A stretch of DNA of 64,000 nt from Eledone cirrhosa (GCA_964016885.1 OZ024741.1:360220001-360284000); one strand, 5' to 3'; counted from the stretch's first letter, positions 39,166 through 53,210 are shown. Numbers and translations: made by a program. The notes: generated by a model not told the origin, from the letters alone.

Positions 39166-41376
39166 TATATATATAGATTGATTGATTGATTGATCAAATA
39201 TCTTTACAGTCTGGTTGGCTTTCCTGTCATTTCACCAATTTTAATGTAGTTGTGACACACATGGATGTAATATGTCTCGCCTTAAATAGACAGACACCTT
39301 GAACCTCATAGCTATCAATACCCCAGTAAAATTATCAATATGTTAGTTAAAGCTGCATAAATTTAGAAATTTTAAAGACCACATCAAAGAGGAATGCAGT
39401 GGATTTTAGTAGGATCAGCTTTCACAATTTATTTACTGCTTATGTAACATTAATAGAACTAATGCGAACATTGCTGTTTCTGATTACTTCTTTTAATTAA
39501 TTCTTCCATAAACAGATGATACATTTTACATGATAAATTCAAAGAAAGACAAATAATGAATTACAAAAGATGATAGGAATAAAGATAGTGATGAGCACTG
39601 CGAATAGAAATAGTATGAGATGGTTGGGTTATACGTTGAGGGAGGATGAAAATGACTAGGTGAGAGGTGACAGAAATGAATAGAGATAGACAACAAAAAT
39701 ATGTTTAAAGAAGATGGAGTAGGAAACAAAACCCAGGCGGTTGATGGAAGGATGCAGATTGATAATACAAATTGGATAAGCTTGTCATGGGACCCTGAAA
39801 GGCTAACTCTTCCTTTAGCAGAAAAAAATGGCCTTAAAGTTCTTGTTGTATGATGAGTTCAATGAGAAGAAAATCTATGGCTCATGTGAATTCTACCCTT
39901 TCAAATATGGTAGATTCCATTCTCATAATCAATTAACATCATATACGAGTCTTTATTGATTTATCAGCACCTGTAAAAGACCTGCATTATCAGAGCTATA
40001 GCTAGATTGAACTGTCTAAATCTTTACTGAAGGTGAAATCATCATGGCTGACAATTCATAAGTGTCATGTTCATTGCATCATCAATAAATCATGCTATTT
40101 TGAAAGAAACAGATGTGTAGGAAAAATAACATTAAAAAAAGATTAAAAAAACAAGTGAAGGTTAGGTTTATGAAGTCAGCTTGGAAACATTTGGTACCAC
40201 CTACATAATATTGGTATATCTAGATGTAGTAACAGACTGTTTATTAAGACATATATGAATTAGATTGATGATTTACAGGTGACTGGCCTCTCCCACCCCC
40301 TGAAGGAGAATCACCATTCAATAGTAAATAATGAAAAGTGTGGATTGTAATGATACAAGATGCTGATGTTATTGTTTTAGCTCCACAACAAAACTATGAT
40401 TAACAGGGACCTAGCTGTGACTATCCCATTTCTTTTTTGTTTCAGGCATGGTATATTTAGGACAATGATATCTGATGTTACTTTTATCCCAGTGTACAAT
40501 ATATAGTTCTTCAAATAGTAGCTATGATAAATCCAAGTAAAATAACATTACTAGCTGTGTTTCAAATGTGTTCATTGAATGATTATTAAAACTTTGAAGT
40601 ACTAAATTCTAGTCTTAGTTCCCAATCTTATTCTTAGTTAACCCTTTAACATTTACATTACTCTATGTATACTATTATATTTTTGTGGTAAAAGCTTTAT
40701 CTCACATAATTATCTTACATAATATCGAATCTATGAGATTTTGATATTATTTATTTTGAGAACAATACCTTAACATCAGTACGAGTGGCCAGTTACGGCT
40801 GGTTTGAACAGAAAGCGGTGAGAGAATTCTGGCCGGTTTAAACGTAAACAGGGCACCTGTGCAGCCAGAAGTATGTAAATGACAAAGATTAGTTTAGTGA
40901 ACACTTGAAATAACATCAGATACTCTATGGCCTACCACTTCCACCCACCTGACTATACTGCTCTGCACCTCTATCTTTGGTATTGTACTATACCAGTTCT
41001 TCCATAAACACCTCCCCCATGTTCATGGAACAACACACCCACACAAGCTAAACAACCAAGTTGTCCCCCTCAAGTTACATGTCAACATACCCACATCCTT
41101 CTATCTACACACACGCACACAAGCGTTAAGGGGTCTTATTTACAACAGCTGTACGTACACACACACAGACCTACATTTCAAGTCACTTTACATGCACAAT
41201 AGTTCTTTCCATTACACATTAACCATTCATGCACACAAATACTTACACATCACATTACTGAACACCTTACACTGCATTAACAAGACATACTTGAAAAATG
41301 TGAAATGGTACTATGGTTACATACATTTTAACTTCTAACATCCTGTGCCACATGAGACCATATTAAAAAGACACTA

Positions 41377-41585
41377 TTAACCCTTTAGCATTTAAACCGG
41401 CCATATCTGGCTAAAATTCTCTCACCTCTCTCTGTTCAAACTGCTGTACCCAGCCATTCATACTAATGTTAAGGTATGGTTCTCAAAATATATATCAAAT
41501 ATTGTAGATTTGATAGTATGAGATAAAGCCTTTACCACAAAAATACAACAGTATATATAGAGTAATGTAAATGTTAAAGAGTTAA
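41377..41585. mobile_element. piggyBac-like MITE
   Basis: ttaaccctttagcattt ... aaatgttaaagagttaa. Confidence 0.72.
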
Positions 41586-44500
41586 TAAGTACGAAACAGC
41601 ACTGTAACTTCATCATCTGAAAAATTAAAGCCTTTACCCTAATACTGACAACATTTCACAATGATCTGTCCCCTAGAAAAGGTACTGAGAACATTTGAAT
41701 TGGAGAATTTGTTTTTAGATGTATTCTGCAAAATCTCTACAAGATGTTAAGAGTTAAAGAACTCTTTAAAGTAAAGGTGTTAACTGCTTGCTTCTGTTGT
41801 TCAACAACACATGGATCATACAATTCCCACCAACCAAATTTCACTCACAAGCTTTTGTGGACCCAGGGTTATGATAGAAGATACTTGCTTGAGCATTGTG
41901 ATTGTGTGAAAAAAACAAAAAAAAAAACAAACACCTTAACCATGAATCCATATTTAATATTTTTTTCAAACTAGCTTTATTGACTTCATGACAAAGTCAT
42001 TTGATATTCTATAATAGCTGTCATCCTGAAGATGATATTAAATATCCTAGAAATATTAATTGAATAGGCTTCGCAAGTCTTATGTATCAATTTGCTATAG
42101 CAGTATTTATAATATTTTAAAACACCAATCTAAGGAAAAATATGAGAAATTACAACAAAAATGTATTTTTAATAATGAATTTGAAAGGAAAAAAACAACA
42201 CTTTTATCATTTCTCTTTTTTTCATTTACGTATGCATAAGTATGTGTGTTTTATGTATAAATATATATGGGTAAGTAGGAAAACATGTGTGTCAGTATAT
42301 ATATATATACACACATGCATGTGCCTGTGTTACAGCAACTGGGAATTAAAAAGGCATCAAATGATATTTGCATGAGAGGAAAAAACTATAAAAACTGAAG
42401 CTGAGATGGGGAACGGGGCATGTGAAGCACGTTACCAAATACCATATGTTGGTTTTGTTAGTGGTGGTGAGGTTTAAGGAGGCAATCAAAATCAAGAATT
42501 AGGGGCCAGAAGAACAAAAACGTCACTGGGGGGGGGGGGGGGGGATTTATAAAAAATAACATGATAAAATACATAAGGTAAAGGGAATAATTACACAGAT
42601 TCAGTGAACCAAAGTTGAATTTGGTGGAACTTGACTAATCGTCATTTAATGAAAAGAACACACACATGCATACATACATACCACATGAGTAGATAGTTGG
42701 TTTGTTATTTCAAAATTACAAGTTAATCTAGAGTAAGATTAAGGTAGATATAACTACCATTTTCGAATTAGAAGCCTTAACTGTGAAAATAATGAACTGG
42801 GAAGTGTAAAGAATTATTTCTCTGTACACAGAAAAACAAGAGATTATTCTGATACATTTCAGACATTAGTGTCCTCAACTCGAATGATTCTGTGTATAGA
42901 AGAATATTGCTATATATGTCACAGTGTATAGAAAATACTAGAAATGGTTAAGCTAATTTGCATGACATGAATATATATGGCTATGTAATTAAATAAAGAA
43001 ATATTTATAAACAAAGTTAACTCGAACATCGAGTTTGTGACGTGAGTGTATTAGAATTCGTTGGAAATGGGAAAACTCAGTGCAAGGAAGCTGTTAAAAC
43101 AGCAAAATGCCGTCAATGACGGTGTCGGGTAAAATTTACCTCAAAGGATAGAAATCAATGGCTAGAAGTGAGTTGGCTTGGAGAAGTGATAGGAAGAAAG
43201 AAGAAATATTTGTTTAATTACATCACCTAATATATGAATGTTATGTAAATTAGCTTGAAAATTTCGGGCATTTTCTATATTCTTGATGCTTAAATTTGAT
43301 TTCTATAGTACTGCATATATGTGGCCATATCTTCAAATTTGCCCTATGCCTAACCCTGCCACATTGAAAAAGGGAGAAATATTTACATTGGATAATGTAG
43401 TTTGAGATAGCTAATGCCTGAGAGGACAGGTTGGCCATGGTTAGAAATGTCTTTGATCTTAAGTATGCTCAGTAAGAAGAAACCTGGAGCTAAACAACAA
43501 CAACCAAATACTTGGTACAGTTAAAGCTATGCTTCACTGCTGAGGTCAGAATAAGACTAAAACATATCCTGATTAGTACTCCATATTTGCTGGGAAAAAT
43601 ATGCATATGTGTGTATATATATATATATACACACACACACACGTGTGTGTGTTTGTGTCCATATCACTTTGAAACAGATTCCCGTCTGATTACCAAAGTC
43701 AAGCAATGTCAACCTCAGTATTTTAAAAACAACTTTTATCCAGATCTTGCCAGCATGGAAAACACATGTAATATGATGATAATTATCATAATTGGCATTT
43801 AATGCTAATGCCCATACTTCCATGCCAGCAAGTCAGTATTCAATTGAAGCTACTGTCTTCCCAAATGGGCCAGGGTCCACATCTTGCTTACATATATTCA
43901 GGTTTTGTTATCTTTTCTACAGCTGGATGCTCTTCCTGTTATCAACCACTTTTCAAAGTGTAGTGGGTGTATTTTGCCATGGCATCAGATCTAGAGAGGT
44001 CATCATATATTTGGCATCCTTTCTACCTTACGACGTTACCAACCATTTCAGTGCTGTTTTAAAATTATTTTAATTTTAAACGCATACACACAGAGTTAAT
44101 ACTTTATATATTAAGTATTGTAACACTAAATTACAGAAAATCTAGTGACCAACCCTTGCTGAAATTCTAAAAAATTAAAATAAAGTGAAGTAAAGTTTAC
44201 AATTTAACAATAAAGACCCTCTAAAGAAAGTATTACTTCTCTGTTTATAGTTGATTGTTTTGGTTGTGGTAAGACTGTGCATTGGTAAATTATAGTGAAA
44301 ATAAATTGCAGAGAAGCAGTGGGTAATAGAAATAGTGAAAACAGAAAAAGACTGTAATTTAGACATGGTAAGATAGGACAATAAACTGATTGTTAACAAT
44401 TCAGGTCAGTGATGTATTGTCAAGTAGGTTGTCTGTTCATCAATGAAACTCTAGAAAATCAAACCATTACGGGGGTAGGATGGTAGTGTAATCTAGATAA

Positions 44501-44639
44501 ACTACCACATATATATGTAAACACACATGTGCACGCATAGAATAAATGCAAAAGGGCAGCTAAGAAGACATTTGAGGTATTAAATATAAAACTTTTTTTT
44601 ACATGGCAGCGATGTATTTATTTTGCAAGGTTATTTGTA

Positions 44640-45670
44640 TGAAATTGTGTGTGTTGAAACAGATATTATTATATTTGTGGATGGTTATGTTGTCCTGATA
44701 ATGCCAACAAATAGTAAAACACACTCACTGTTTGGTTTGGTTTTCGCTTCAGTTTCAGTACATATTTTTATATTTCCACTAGCAGTGGTACCCGGCGTTG
44801 CACGGGATAAGGTATTGTGAAATATATAACCGCCTTAGCTAAGCTTAGTATTGCCACTACCACGGCTGGCAAAGAAGTAAGGGTCTGGTGGTACGTAAGT
44901 AAGTAAGCAACACTGGCTTAAAACGTGAGGAAGAAGTTGTGTGCACTTACCAACTGTTTGGGGAATGAATATGAGATTTGTGTTGAGCAAGGGTGGCAGA
45001 ATAACCGGAGGCAGCAGACAGCCAGACATACAGAGATATTATAAGGGCGCGTTCTGCTCGCAGAGCGAATTGTAGGAAGTAACGTAATGCAGACAGCCAG
45101 ACATACAGACAGATATTATAAGGGCGCGACGTTATACGTAAGTATCTATCTAAAAAGAGAAAGACTAATAATTATAGAGAGAGATCGCTAAATCACCTAA
45201 TGCGGACCCTAGGGCATTGAAAATTTGAAATTTTTTTTGCTCAGAACACTACCTGAAACATAAGTATTACATGTGTAAAGTTTGAAAACAGTCGGTTGGG
45301 TGCTTCTCTAGTTTTAGGGATTCAAACTCACACAGATATCCATCCTCAGTTTTATATATATATAGATAAATTACGCTGGCAATCACCAAACAGAATACAC
45401 ACACACAAATGTATGTGCAAACAGAGACAACCAAAAAAACACTAAAGAAACACTGATAATCACTGAAGATGTCACAGAAATGTGTGACAAAAGAACTTCA
45501 AGACATATTTATTTTTTTAAATGTTGGTCAATCAATGATAAACATTGATTGCCAGTTAAATTATTTATGGAAATATAGAAAAATATATTGAAACTGAAAC
45601 CAAACCGTGAGTATATTTTGCTAATTTTTGGCAATATTAAGACAACATGACCTTCCCCAAATATAACAAT
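44640..45670. mobile_element. diverged PLE pLTR fold-back (related to the 27-31.6 kb family), split by a Helitron
   Basis: 44664-44778 plus 45367-45385 is inverted relative to ~45546-45670; 'acatgacc.tccc.aa.tataacaat' terminus; hammerhead with mutated GAAA at 45463-45498. Confidence 0.65.
44779..45366 (-). mobile_element. non-autonomous Helitron
   Basis: inserted between A(44778) and T(45367); CTAG end with hairpin cccggcgttgcacggg; TCTATATATATATAAAAC 5' end on the minus strand. Confidence 0.8.
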
Positions 45671-46589
45671 TTTTTTACATGCATACTTGAAAGCAGATAT
45701 GGGAGCTTGAGTGAACAAAGAGGGACTAGAAATAGTACTCAAATACAAACAACCATTTAGGGCTATTTCCCTTGCTAAAGCAGGGGTTAGCCTTTTGGGC
45801 CCCACGATAAACCTCTCCATTTAGCCTTAATTACTGCATCCCCCTCACCATGATGTAAAAGCACCCTGGCTTTTACATCATCTATTATCTTAAGCCATAA
45901 TTTTCTTGGTCTTTCTCCCACTAGTTCTTTCCACATTTCTTTACCCAGTCACTTTCATTCTTCCTCAACAAATGACCAAGCCATCTCATTCAATTTTTCT
46001 TCAAAACATCCATCACTGGTTCTACTCCCATCATTCTTTGCAATTCATAGTTTGTCCTGCTCTCTCTCTCTCTCTGGGCAATACTCCACTCATCCACCAA
46101 ACTATTCTCATTTCCCTCTTTTCCATACTTCTCTGCTGCTCAAATGTCTCATAAATTACACCATACCATTTTGAAAAAGGAAGGACCCACTGAATAATGT
46201 AGATAAGAACTCATTAGATAATGCCTGACAGAAAGATGAGAAGGTCGTGGCTAAAAGACTTTTCAGTCAGGGTTGAATTGGGGCAAACCAACAACAACAC
46301 ATTTTGAAGTAGAAAAAAAAATCTGTCTTTGCTGCTATTTTGAGATGCCCTGTCAAGACTTTAGAAGGTACCATCTATCATAATCACTGTATTGTATTCT
46401 TAGATAGCTCCATCCATCTATTTGAAATAAGTATGACATGAGCACAGGCATAGCTGTGCAATCAAGTGGCTCTGGGTTCAATCCCACAGTACAGTATCTT
46501 GGGCACATGTCATCTATTATAGCCTCAAATTAACACGAAAATAGGTAAACAAAAAACTGTGTGGGCGAAAATCTGCTTTGGGGGTAGTA

Positions 46590-46836
46590 GATCATCATCA
46601 TCATCATCGTTTAACGTCCATCTTCCACGCTTGCATGGGTTTGGACGGGAGTTTTCCCACTTGAGGCAAGAGTGGTTGTCTTGCTCGCATAGGACTGTCT
46701 GGTGGGTTTTCTACGGCTGGATGCCCTTCCTAACACCAACCACATTTACAGTGTGGGACTGGGAGGTTTTTACCATGTTACCTACACGGCCACATTACAG
46801 CGTGGACTGTGTTTATTTGTCGTGACACCTACACGA
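46590..46836 (-). mobile_element. SINE 3' part with (GAT)n tail
   Basis: reverse complement of the 18760/38960 family. Confidence 0.8.
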
Positions 46837-48095
46837 CAGATGTAAGTTGTTATTCAGTTTAACATCAGTATATGTCATTTGGGTCTCCAGTGTGGGGTTA
46901 ACTCAATCCAGAGTTCTGTTGCTTCATACTGCTATAACATAAGTCCTGTTTTCTTTCTCTTGTTGAAATATTGAGATATGCTATTCAACCAAAGGTGTGG
47001 AGTTTGTGTTCTATTTACATGATATATTCCATTAATTAAACCATTGTTATTTAAAGAAGACTTCTATAAATAGACGAATGGTTGAAACAAAATGTCTTGC
47101 TAAAATTTTTTTTATATTTGAAAAACTTAAATCCCCCCCACCCCATACACACTCAAAGAAAATAATACTCAGTGCATTACTGGTACTTTATTTTATCGAC
47201 CCCGTAAGGATGAAAGGCAAAGTTAACCTCGGCGGGATTTGAACTCAGAATGGCAAGGGCCGTAGCTCTGCATCAAAGCATGGCGTCCGACCCTCTACCG
47301 ATACTGCCAATCCACTGAAATGGGGTTTTGTCATGAGAATCTTTTAAGACAGAAATAGATAAGGGTGACACACCAGACAACATTCTTTCACTTGCAGAAA
47401 CATTTCTGTTACTTCGGGAAACACTTGACATCTACAAAACAAAATTCATCTGCATGCATTTTCTTTTGTTTTATTTTTATGTTAGAATGTTTGGAGGATA
47501 AATATCTCCAATAGCTTATATAAAATTAAATAAGATAAAACATCAAACAAGTAGTGAGTTGAGAATGGTAGTGCATTTATATGTTAGTGTTTTAGTCTTA
47601 AATAAATGTTTTTTTAATTATAGACAGTTCGAGTTAGAAATTATATTAGTGGAGGTTAAAAAAAGTTAAATTCTGTCCCAAGCTCAGAGGCTCATCCCAA
47701 TGTCATGGGAGTGAAGCAATTAAGGGTATAGGACTCTTCCCTGGGTAAAATGCGAGCCTATTGCGGGGTTAAGCCCCAGTTGCAGCTGGCATACATTTTC
47801 AGCTTTTTAGCTGGTGTAATGTAAAATGAAGTCTTTTGCTCAAAAACACAACACACCACCCTGTTCAGGAATTGAACCCACAACACTATAGTTTTAAGTA
47901 TAATACCCTAACCACTAGGCTGCACATCTTTATAAATGAGTGAGGGGGGGACACAAAACAGTCCAGTGTTGAGTTCTTGATTATACTTTACAGACAGAAA
48001 TCACAAACGCATATCAACAATGAAACACCTAGTATCAATAAAAACAACAAACATGCTATATTTAACACAACACTTGAATCAAAGGGATAACTTAC

Positions 48096-48116
48096 CAAAG
48101 AGCCTGCTCGTTTGGT
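48096..48116 (-). CDS. candidate 21-nt in-frame microexon (TKRAGSL) of the WDR62/MAPKBP1 gene
   Basis: tgcttgttttgtttcttag|ACCAAACGAGCAGGCTCTTTG|gtaagt; strong acceptor and donor, 7 codons, phase 0 like the flanking exons, no stop. Confidence 0.55.
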
Positions 48117-49639
48117 CTAAGAAACAAAACAAGCATTTTATTTTCAACTAACAATTTCATTAAGCCATTTGCATATTTCTAATGAAAGACTTCTAGTGAT
48201 TTTCAAATCGTTTTGAAAATAACCAATTATTCAGATAACATGACTAACTTTCTCATTATTCAATTGGTGTTTTGAGCATAACTTAATAAAGATTCTTATG
48301 TAAAATTATGAAGATAGATGTTAAACGATGATGATGATGATGGAAGGTTTTTAGATAAATATCAACACTTTAAAACAAACAGCTCAGTATCACAGAACTG
48401 GGATAGTTTGGTATCAAACGAGTTAAAATGCTAATTTGTGATAAATTGATATATTTATGAATGACATCCAGTATTTTCCAATCTATGCTAGCATGCAGCC
48501 CTTCCTATCCCAACATCTAAATGCTAGTTCCATTCTCTAATACTTTGTTTTAATCACTTCATTTATCCTCTATTTTTACCTTTGTAAAATCCTGTTCAGG
48601 ATTGGACAGATTTACAATACAACAGCTACTCAACTTAGTCCTGTTTTTATCTTTCCCTTTCTCTGAGGTTCAATACTCTCAGGTTGTTGGTAGTGTCTAT
48701 GCAGTTTTAGCTGGCCTCCTATGTTGCAGATTTCTCTGGTGTTTTAATGGTAGGAGCCAAAATCTTATAATAAAATGCAACATGAAATGAAGTAACTTGC
48801 TTAAGAACAATGTCCAGGAATCAAATCCATGACCTTATGATCATTAGGTTATGTACTTTCTCAACATTTTCAGGTCTGCCCACTTCACAGTTCTTCCATT
48901 GTCAGCCATTGTATTCTATTGATATAGTCAGTGGTTATTCCTGGCTACAGATCATCAATATAGATTTCTTACATAATCATAAAATACCATTTCCTTCTGG
49001 GGAGGAAATGAGATATAATGGTGGTCATGGCTACCAGTAATCTTATTTTTTTTCTTCACCACTACCACCCCTAACTTTATTATCAATATTTACCTTACTA
49101 GCATGAGTTTTGGGGGTTTATTAAACACAATTCCTACAGTAGTCTATTTCCCCCATTGCCTTTGTAATATTTAGAGAGTCTTTAACAGTCAATGTTTCCT
49201 TTGTCTTACTTTTAATAACAAAGGCTCTTAGTTTAAAAAGTAGACAAAATCAATGCTATAAATTTTTTTTTAAATAATCAGAAAATACAGGCTGTTATCA
49301 CTACTTTCATTTTTAACCCTTTTGTTACTATTTGAAATAAACAACCTCCAATTTCAAATAATTTTGATATTAAAGGGTTAACAACTGAGAAAATAGATGA
49401 CATATTTAGTTACTTCATTTGATGATGTACTTTAATGGTGGTCAAACTTCTCCAAAATAATCTGCCTATGCAAAATACAAATACAACTATGATGATTAGA
49501 GAGAAATATATTTTCTTTGGTTAACTGAATATGAAGTGGGGGTGAAGTTTTAAAGTAAGGAAATACTCAGAACCAGCCTCAGATTTACCTAATTCTAAGA
49601 TTAAAGCAGAAAAAATTCCAAGTAAAATAATATACTTAC

Positions 49640-49735
49640 TTTTGTATTGCTGTTGGCCATGTACCAGAACTTCACATGTCTACTTCCAACTGTTACAAAA
49701 TAGCTTCCATCAGAAGAGAATGCTACAGCACTGAC
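49640..49735 (-). CDS. MAPKBP1: WDR62/MAPKBP1-family exon
   Basis: tgcag|VSAVAFSSDGSYFVTVGSRHVKFWYMANSNTK|gtaagt; 96 nt, phase 0/0. Confidence 0.92.
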
Positions 49736-50653
49736 CTGCATGACAGAAGAGATTTTATAATATCTGGCAATGATTATAGACAGAGTACTGTAGGATTTAT
49801 ACATAATCTTTAACCATTTCATTATTGTATTCCTAATAAAAGACACTGCATATGATTTTCAAATAATTTTGAAAATAACCAAGAATTTGAAGGAATTTTA
49901 TAAAATACCTAATTTCCTTATTATTAAGCTAGTATTTGCAACAAAGTTTTTACATAAAATTATGATGGAAAGGTTTTAGATAAATATAAACGCTTTAAAA
50001 CAAACAGTTTTGTATCATAGAGCCATTGGCAGTTTCAGGAGGCTTGGTAGCAAAAGGGCTAAATAAAGCCTGCAACCCAGTCTCAATTCTGGATTAAAGC
50101 CATTTGTTTTTACTTTATTTTTCTTATGCTACTGATACCTTTGGGAAAAGTATGAATACCATAATTTTCATTTACCCACGAGTTCATAGCAAACTCATTC
50201 TAAGGCAGAATCCTATAGTATGTCTGGAAACTGGTGTACTAAGTAAACAAAAAAATTTGATGGTAAAATGGTGGGTCACATTTTCGAGGCCAGTATTTTA
50301 CTGATTTTCACAAACTTCAAATTCTACATAAATGAGGTGCTTAAATATTTTCCTTTAAAGGTGAATATTATAATGGTTTCACTTTGGAAGTGAAATTTCT
50401 CTTGTTTTTTTATGTGTTTTAAATGAATATGGCCTTTGAAACAGTCAGAAATTGGTAAAAAATCATTATGTAATGTAGTTTTTAAATATAAAAATATTAA
50501 AACTTCATAAATATATTCTCCACTCATGAGAATTTCAAAACTGTGCCATCTAAACATAATGTGTTGATTTGCTGCCTCAGCTTATAAATGGGGTTTGGAT
50601 TTTTTCCCATTTCTCAGATATAAGATGGGGGGGGGGGGGGAACTTAAATTTGA

Positions 50654-50708
<55 letters not shown>

Positions 50709-51110
50709 GTGCTACTGTACAGGTTTGAGACTTGGACACTGACCAAGAAATTCACTCAGATGGTGGATGAGTGCTACACGAGAATGCTGAGGATGGCTCT
50801 GAACATTAATCAGTATACACTGAGGATGAAGGACTCGGAGCTGTACGGGAGCCTCCCAAAAGTCAGCTTGGAAGTAACACAGAGGAGACTGAAGTTAGCT
50901 GTACATGCTCACCGCCATTCAAAGTTGACACTGCACCCAGTGCTCCTGTGGGAGTCCTTACGCAGACACACTAGAAGAGGGAGACTGAAATTGACATATG
51001 TTGATGCCCTAAGGACAGACACAGGTCTCTTGGAGATGCAGGACTTGGCAATGATGATGAGGGACAGAGACCACTGGAGAGAACTCATCCATGAATCTTG
51101 GGAACTTTAG
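50709..51110 (+). pseudogene. RTE-like LINE 3' fragment
   Basis: LLY..ETWTLT, YTRMLRMALNI, RRLKLA.H..R, RRGR.KLTYVD; begins at (TA)n 50655-50704. Confidence 0.82.
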
Positions 51111-51363
51111 ATAGATATGTAGCTCACACTGTAAAGTGGTCGTGTAGGTGTTATGACAAAAAGCATCCAGCACACATTGTAAATATGGTTGGCGTTATAA
51201 AGGGCTGTAGAAACCAAACTAGAAACATTCCTATATAAGTAAGACACGGTCATCTGACCCAACTTACCTCAAATGGGACAACCCGTTTAACCCATACTAC
51301 CATGGAAAATGGACATTAAACGTTGATATATATCCAACATGGGTTGAAAGAGAAAGTGAATTC

Positions 51364-51865
51364 AGGGAGGGAGAAGGGGAGCGAGAGGAGAGAGAGAAGG
51401 GGAGTGAGAGGAGAGAGAGAAGGGGGAGCGAGAGGAGAGAGAGAGGGGGAGCGAGAGGAGAGAGAGAAGGGGAGCGAGAGGAGAGAGAGAAGGGGAGCGA
51501 GAGGAGAGAGAGAAGGGGAGCGAGAGGAGAGAGAGAAGGGGAGCGAGAGGAGAGAGAGAATGGGGGCGAGAGGAGAGAGAGAAGGGGGGCGAGAGGAGAG
51601 AGAGAAGGGGAGCGAGAGGAGAGAGAGAAGGGGAGCGAGAGGAGAGAGAGAAGGGGAGCGAGAGGAGAGAGAGAAGGGGAGCGAGAGAGAAGGGGAGAGA
51701 GAGGAGAGAGAGAAGGGGAGAGAGAGGAGAGAGAGAAGGGGAGAGAGAAGGGGAGAGAGAGGAGAGAGAGAAGGGGAGAGAGAGGAGGGAGAGAAGGGGA
51801 GAGGGGAGAGAGAGGAGGGAGAGAAGGGGAGAGAGGAGAGAGAGAAGAGGAGAGGAGAGAGGGAG
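51364..51865. repeat. polypurine GA-rich minisatellite (21/23-bp units)
   Basis: gagaaggggagcgagaggaga(ga) repeated about 20 times. Confidence 0.92.
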
Positions 51866-52376
51866 ATCATGCATTTTACAACCAGTAGTCCTTAAATGTT
51901 TGAGATGAGTTAATACAATTCAATTATCAAGTATCTTGTCTGGATATATACATGGTCCTAGACTGGAGTCAAACTAGGAACCTTATATATAAATGATAAG
52001 CAAGAAAATAAGTTTGTGAATGCAGTGAGTTATATCAATCAAATGGACCTTTTTATATATAAAACTGGCTGTGTTGAGTAAAATTTAATATTCATGTAAA
52101 AAACAAAGTAAATAAGAAAAAAAGTGGGCACACATACAGCCCAAGCTTACATGATGGAGCATGTCTCTATAGGCTAGACATTATAAGATATAAATAATGC
52201 ATTCCAAAGAACTGGGCAAGCTGTCAAAGTACTGGTCACTCTCTAACAGATTTATTGTGATCAGGACAGCCATCTGTAAGAATGAGTACTGTGAGACTGG
52301 ATCTTGCTTTCCTCTGGGGTATTCACAATTCTGGGACCATGAGGAAACATGCACCCAATAGTTAATGCTTCACTAA

Positions 52377-52379
<3 letters not shown>

Positions 52380-52464
<85 letters not shown>

Positions 52465-52475
52465 CGCGTGTGTGC
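52380..52475. repeat. (TG)n microsatellite
   Basis: direct reading. Confidence 0.95.
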
Positions 52476-52898
52476 GTCAATTACCTCTTTCAAATATAGC
52501 CTGACCCCAGCCCATTTGGAAAAATAACTTTCTCCTTCAATAAATTAATAAAATATAATTTAGACAGTATTGGCACCTCGGTTTCTGCATACCACTTTAG
52601 TTCCATTTGAATGGATTTCTATTGCTGACTGTCTATTATTTCTTTCTTTACCAGTATGAAAACCTTTGCTTTCTAATAAAATATTTATCAGTTCTGTATA
52701 TTTATGGATTTATCTGATAATAAATACATAAAGACTGACCACAGAACAGTAGCGTGATAACCTGATATAAGTAGTTCTATAATAAGCAGTTTCATAATTT
52801 ATTTATAAAAAGGATTTGTCTTTCCTATTTGCATCTGCTGAGAAAACTCTGCTCAGTGAAATGACTGTCGCAATATCAAGTATAAATATATATGTTGT

Positions 52899-53210
52899 TG
52901 CAGCTCACACCTACATAGGTTTAGTTAACCTTCTATGGTGTTGTATCTCATCGGTTTCTTGGGTGTTTTAATGATAGGTGCACCAGTCGTATCATGTTGT
53001 CATTGCAGCTCACACCTACATAGGTTTAGCTGACCTCCTATGAGGTTGCATTTCATAAAAGATTTCTTGGGTATTTAAATGATTGGGGCCCCAGTCTTAT
53101 CAAGATGATACAGCTCACACCTATATAGGTTCAGATGGCCTCTAATGTGGTTGCATCTCATAGAAGGTTTCAAGAGTGCTTTAATGATAGGGGCCCAGGC
53201 ATATCATGTC
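52899..53210. repeat. three diverged 105-bp tandem units
   Basis: 'cagctcacacctayataggtt' at 52901, 53006 and 53111. Confidence 0.85.

Noticed and set aside
40850-41000. Possible GIY-YIG remnant (C.Q.YV...FSEHL...HFH)
   Set aside because: Too short and degraded to support as a feature without a search
51316-51895. E/R/G-rich and L/S/P-rich ORFs
   Set aside because: Minisatellite translation
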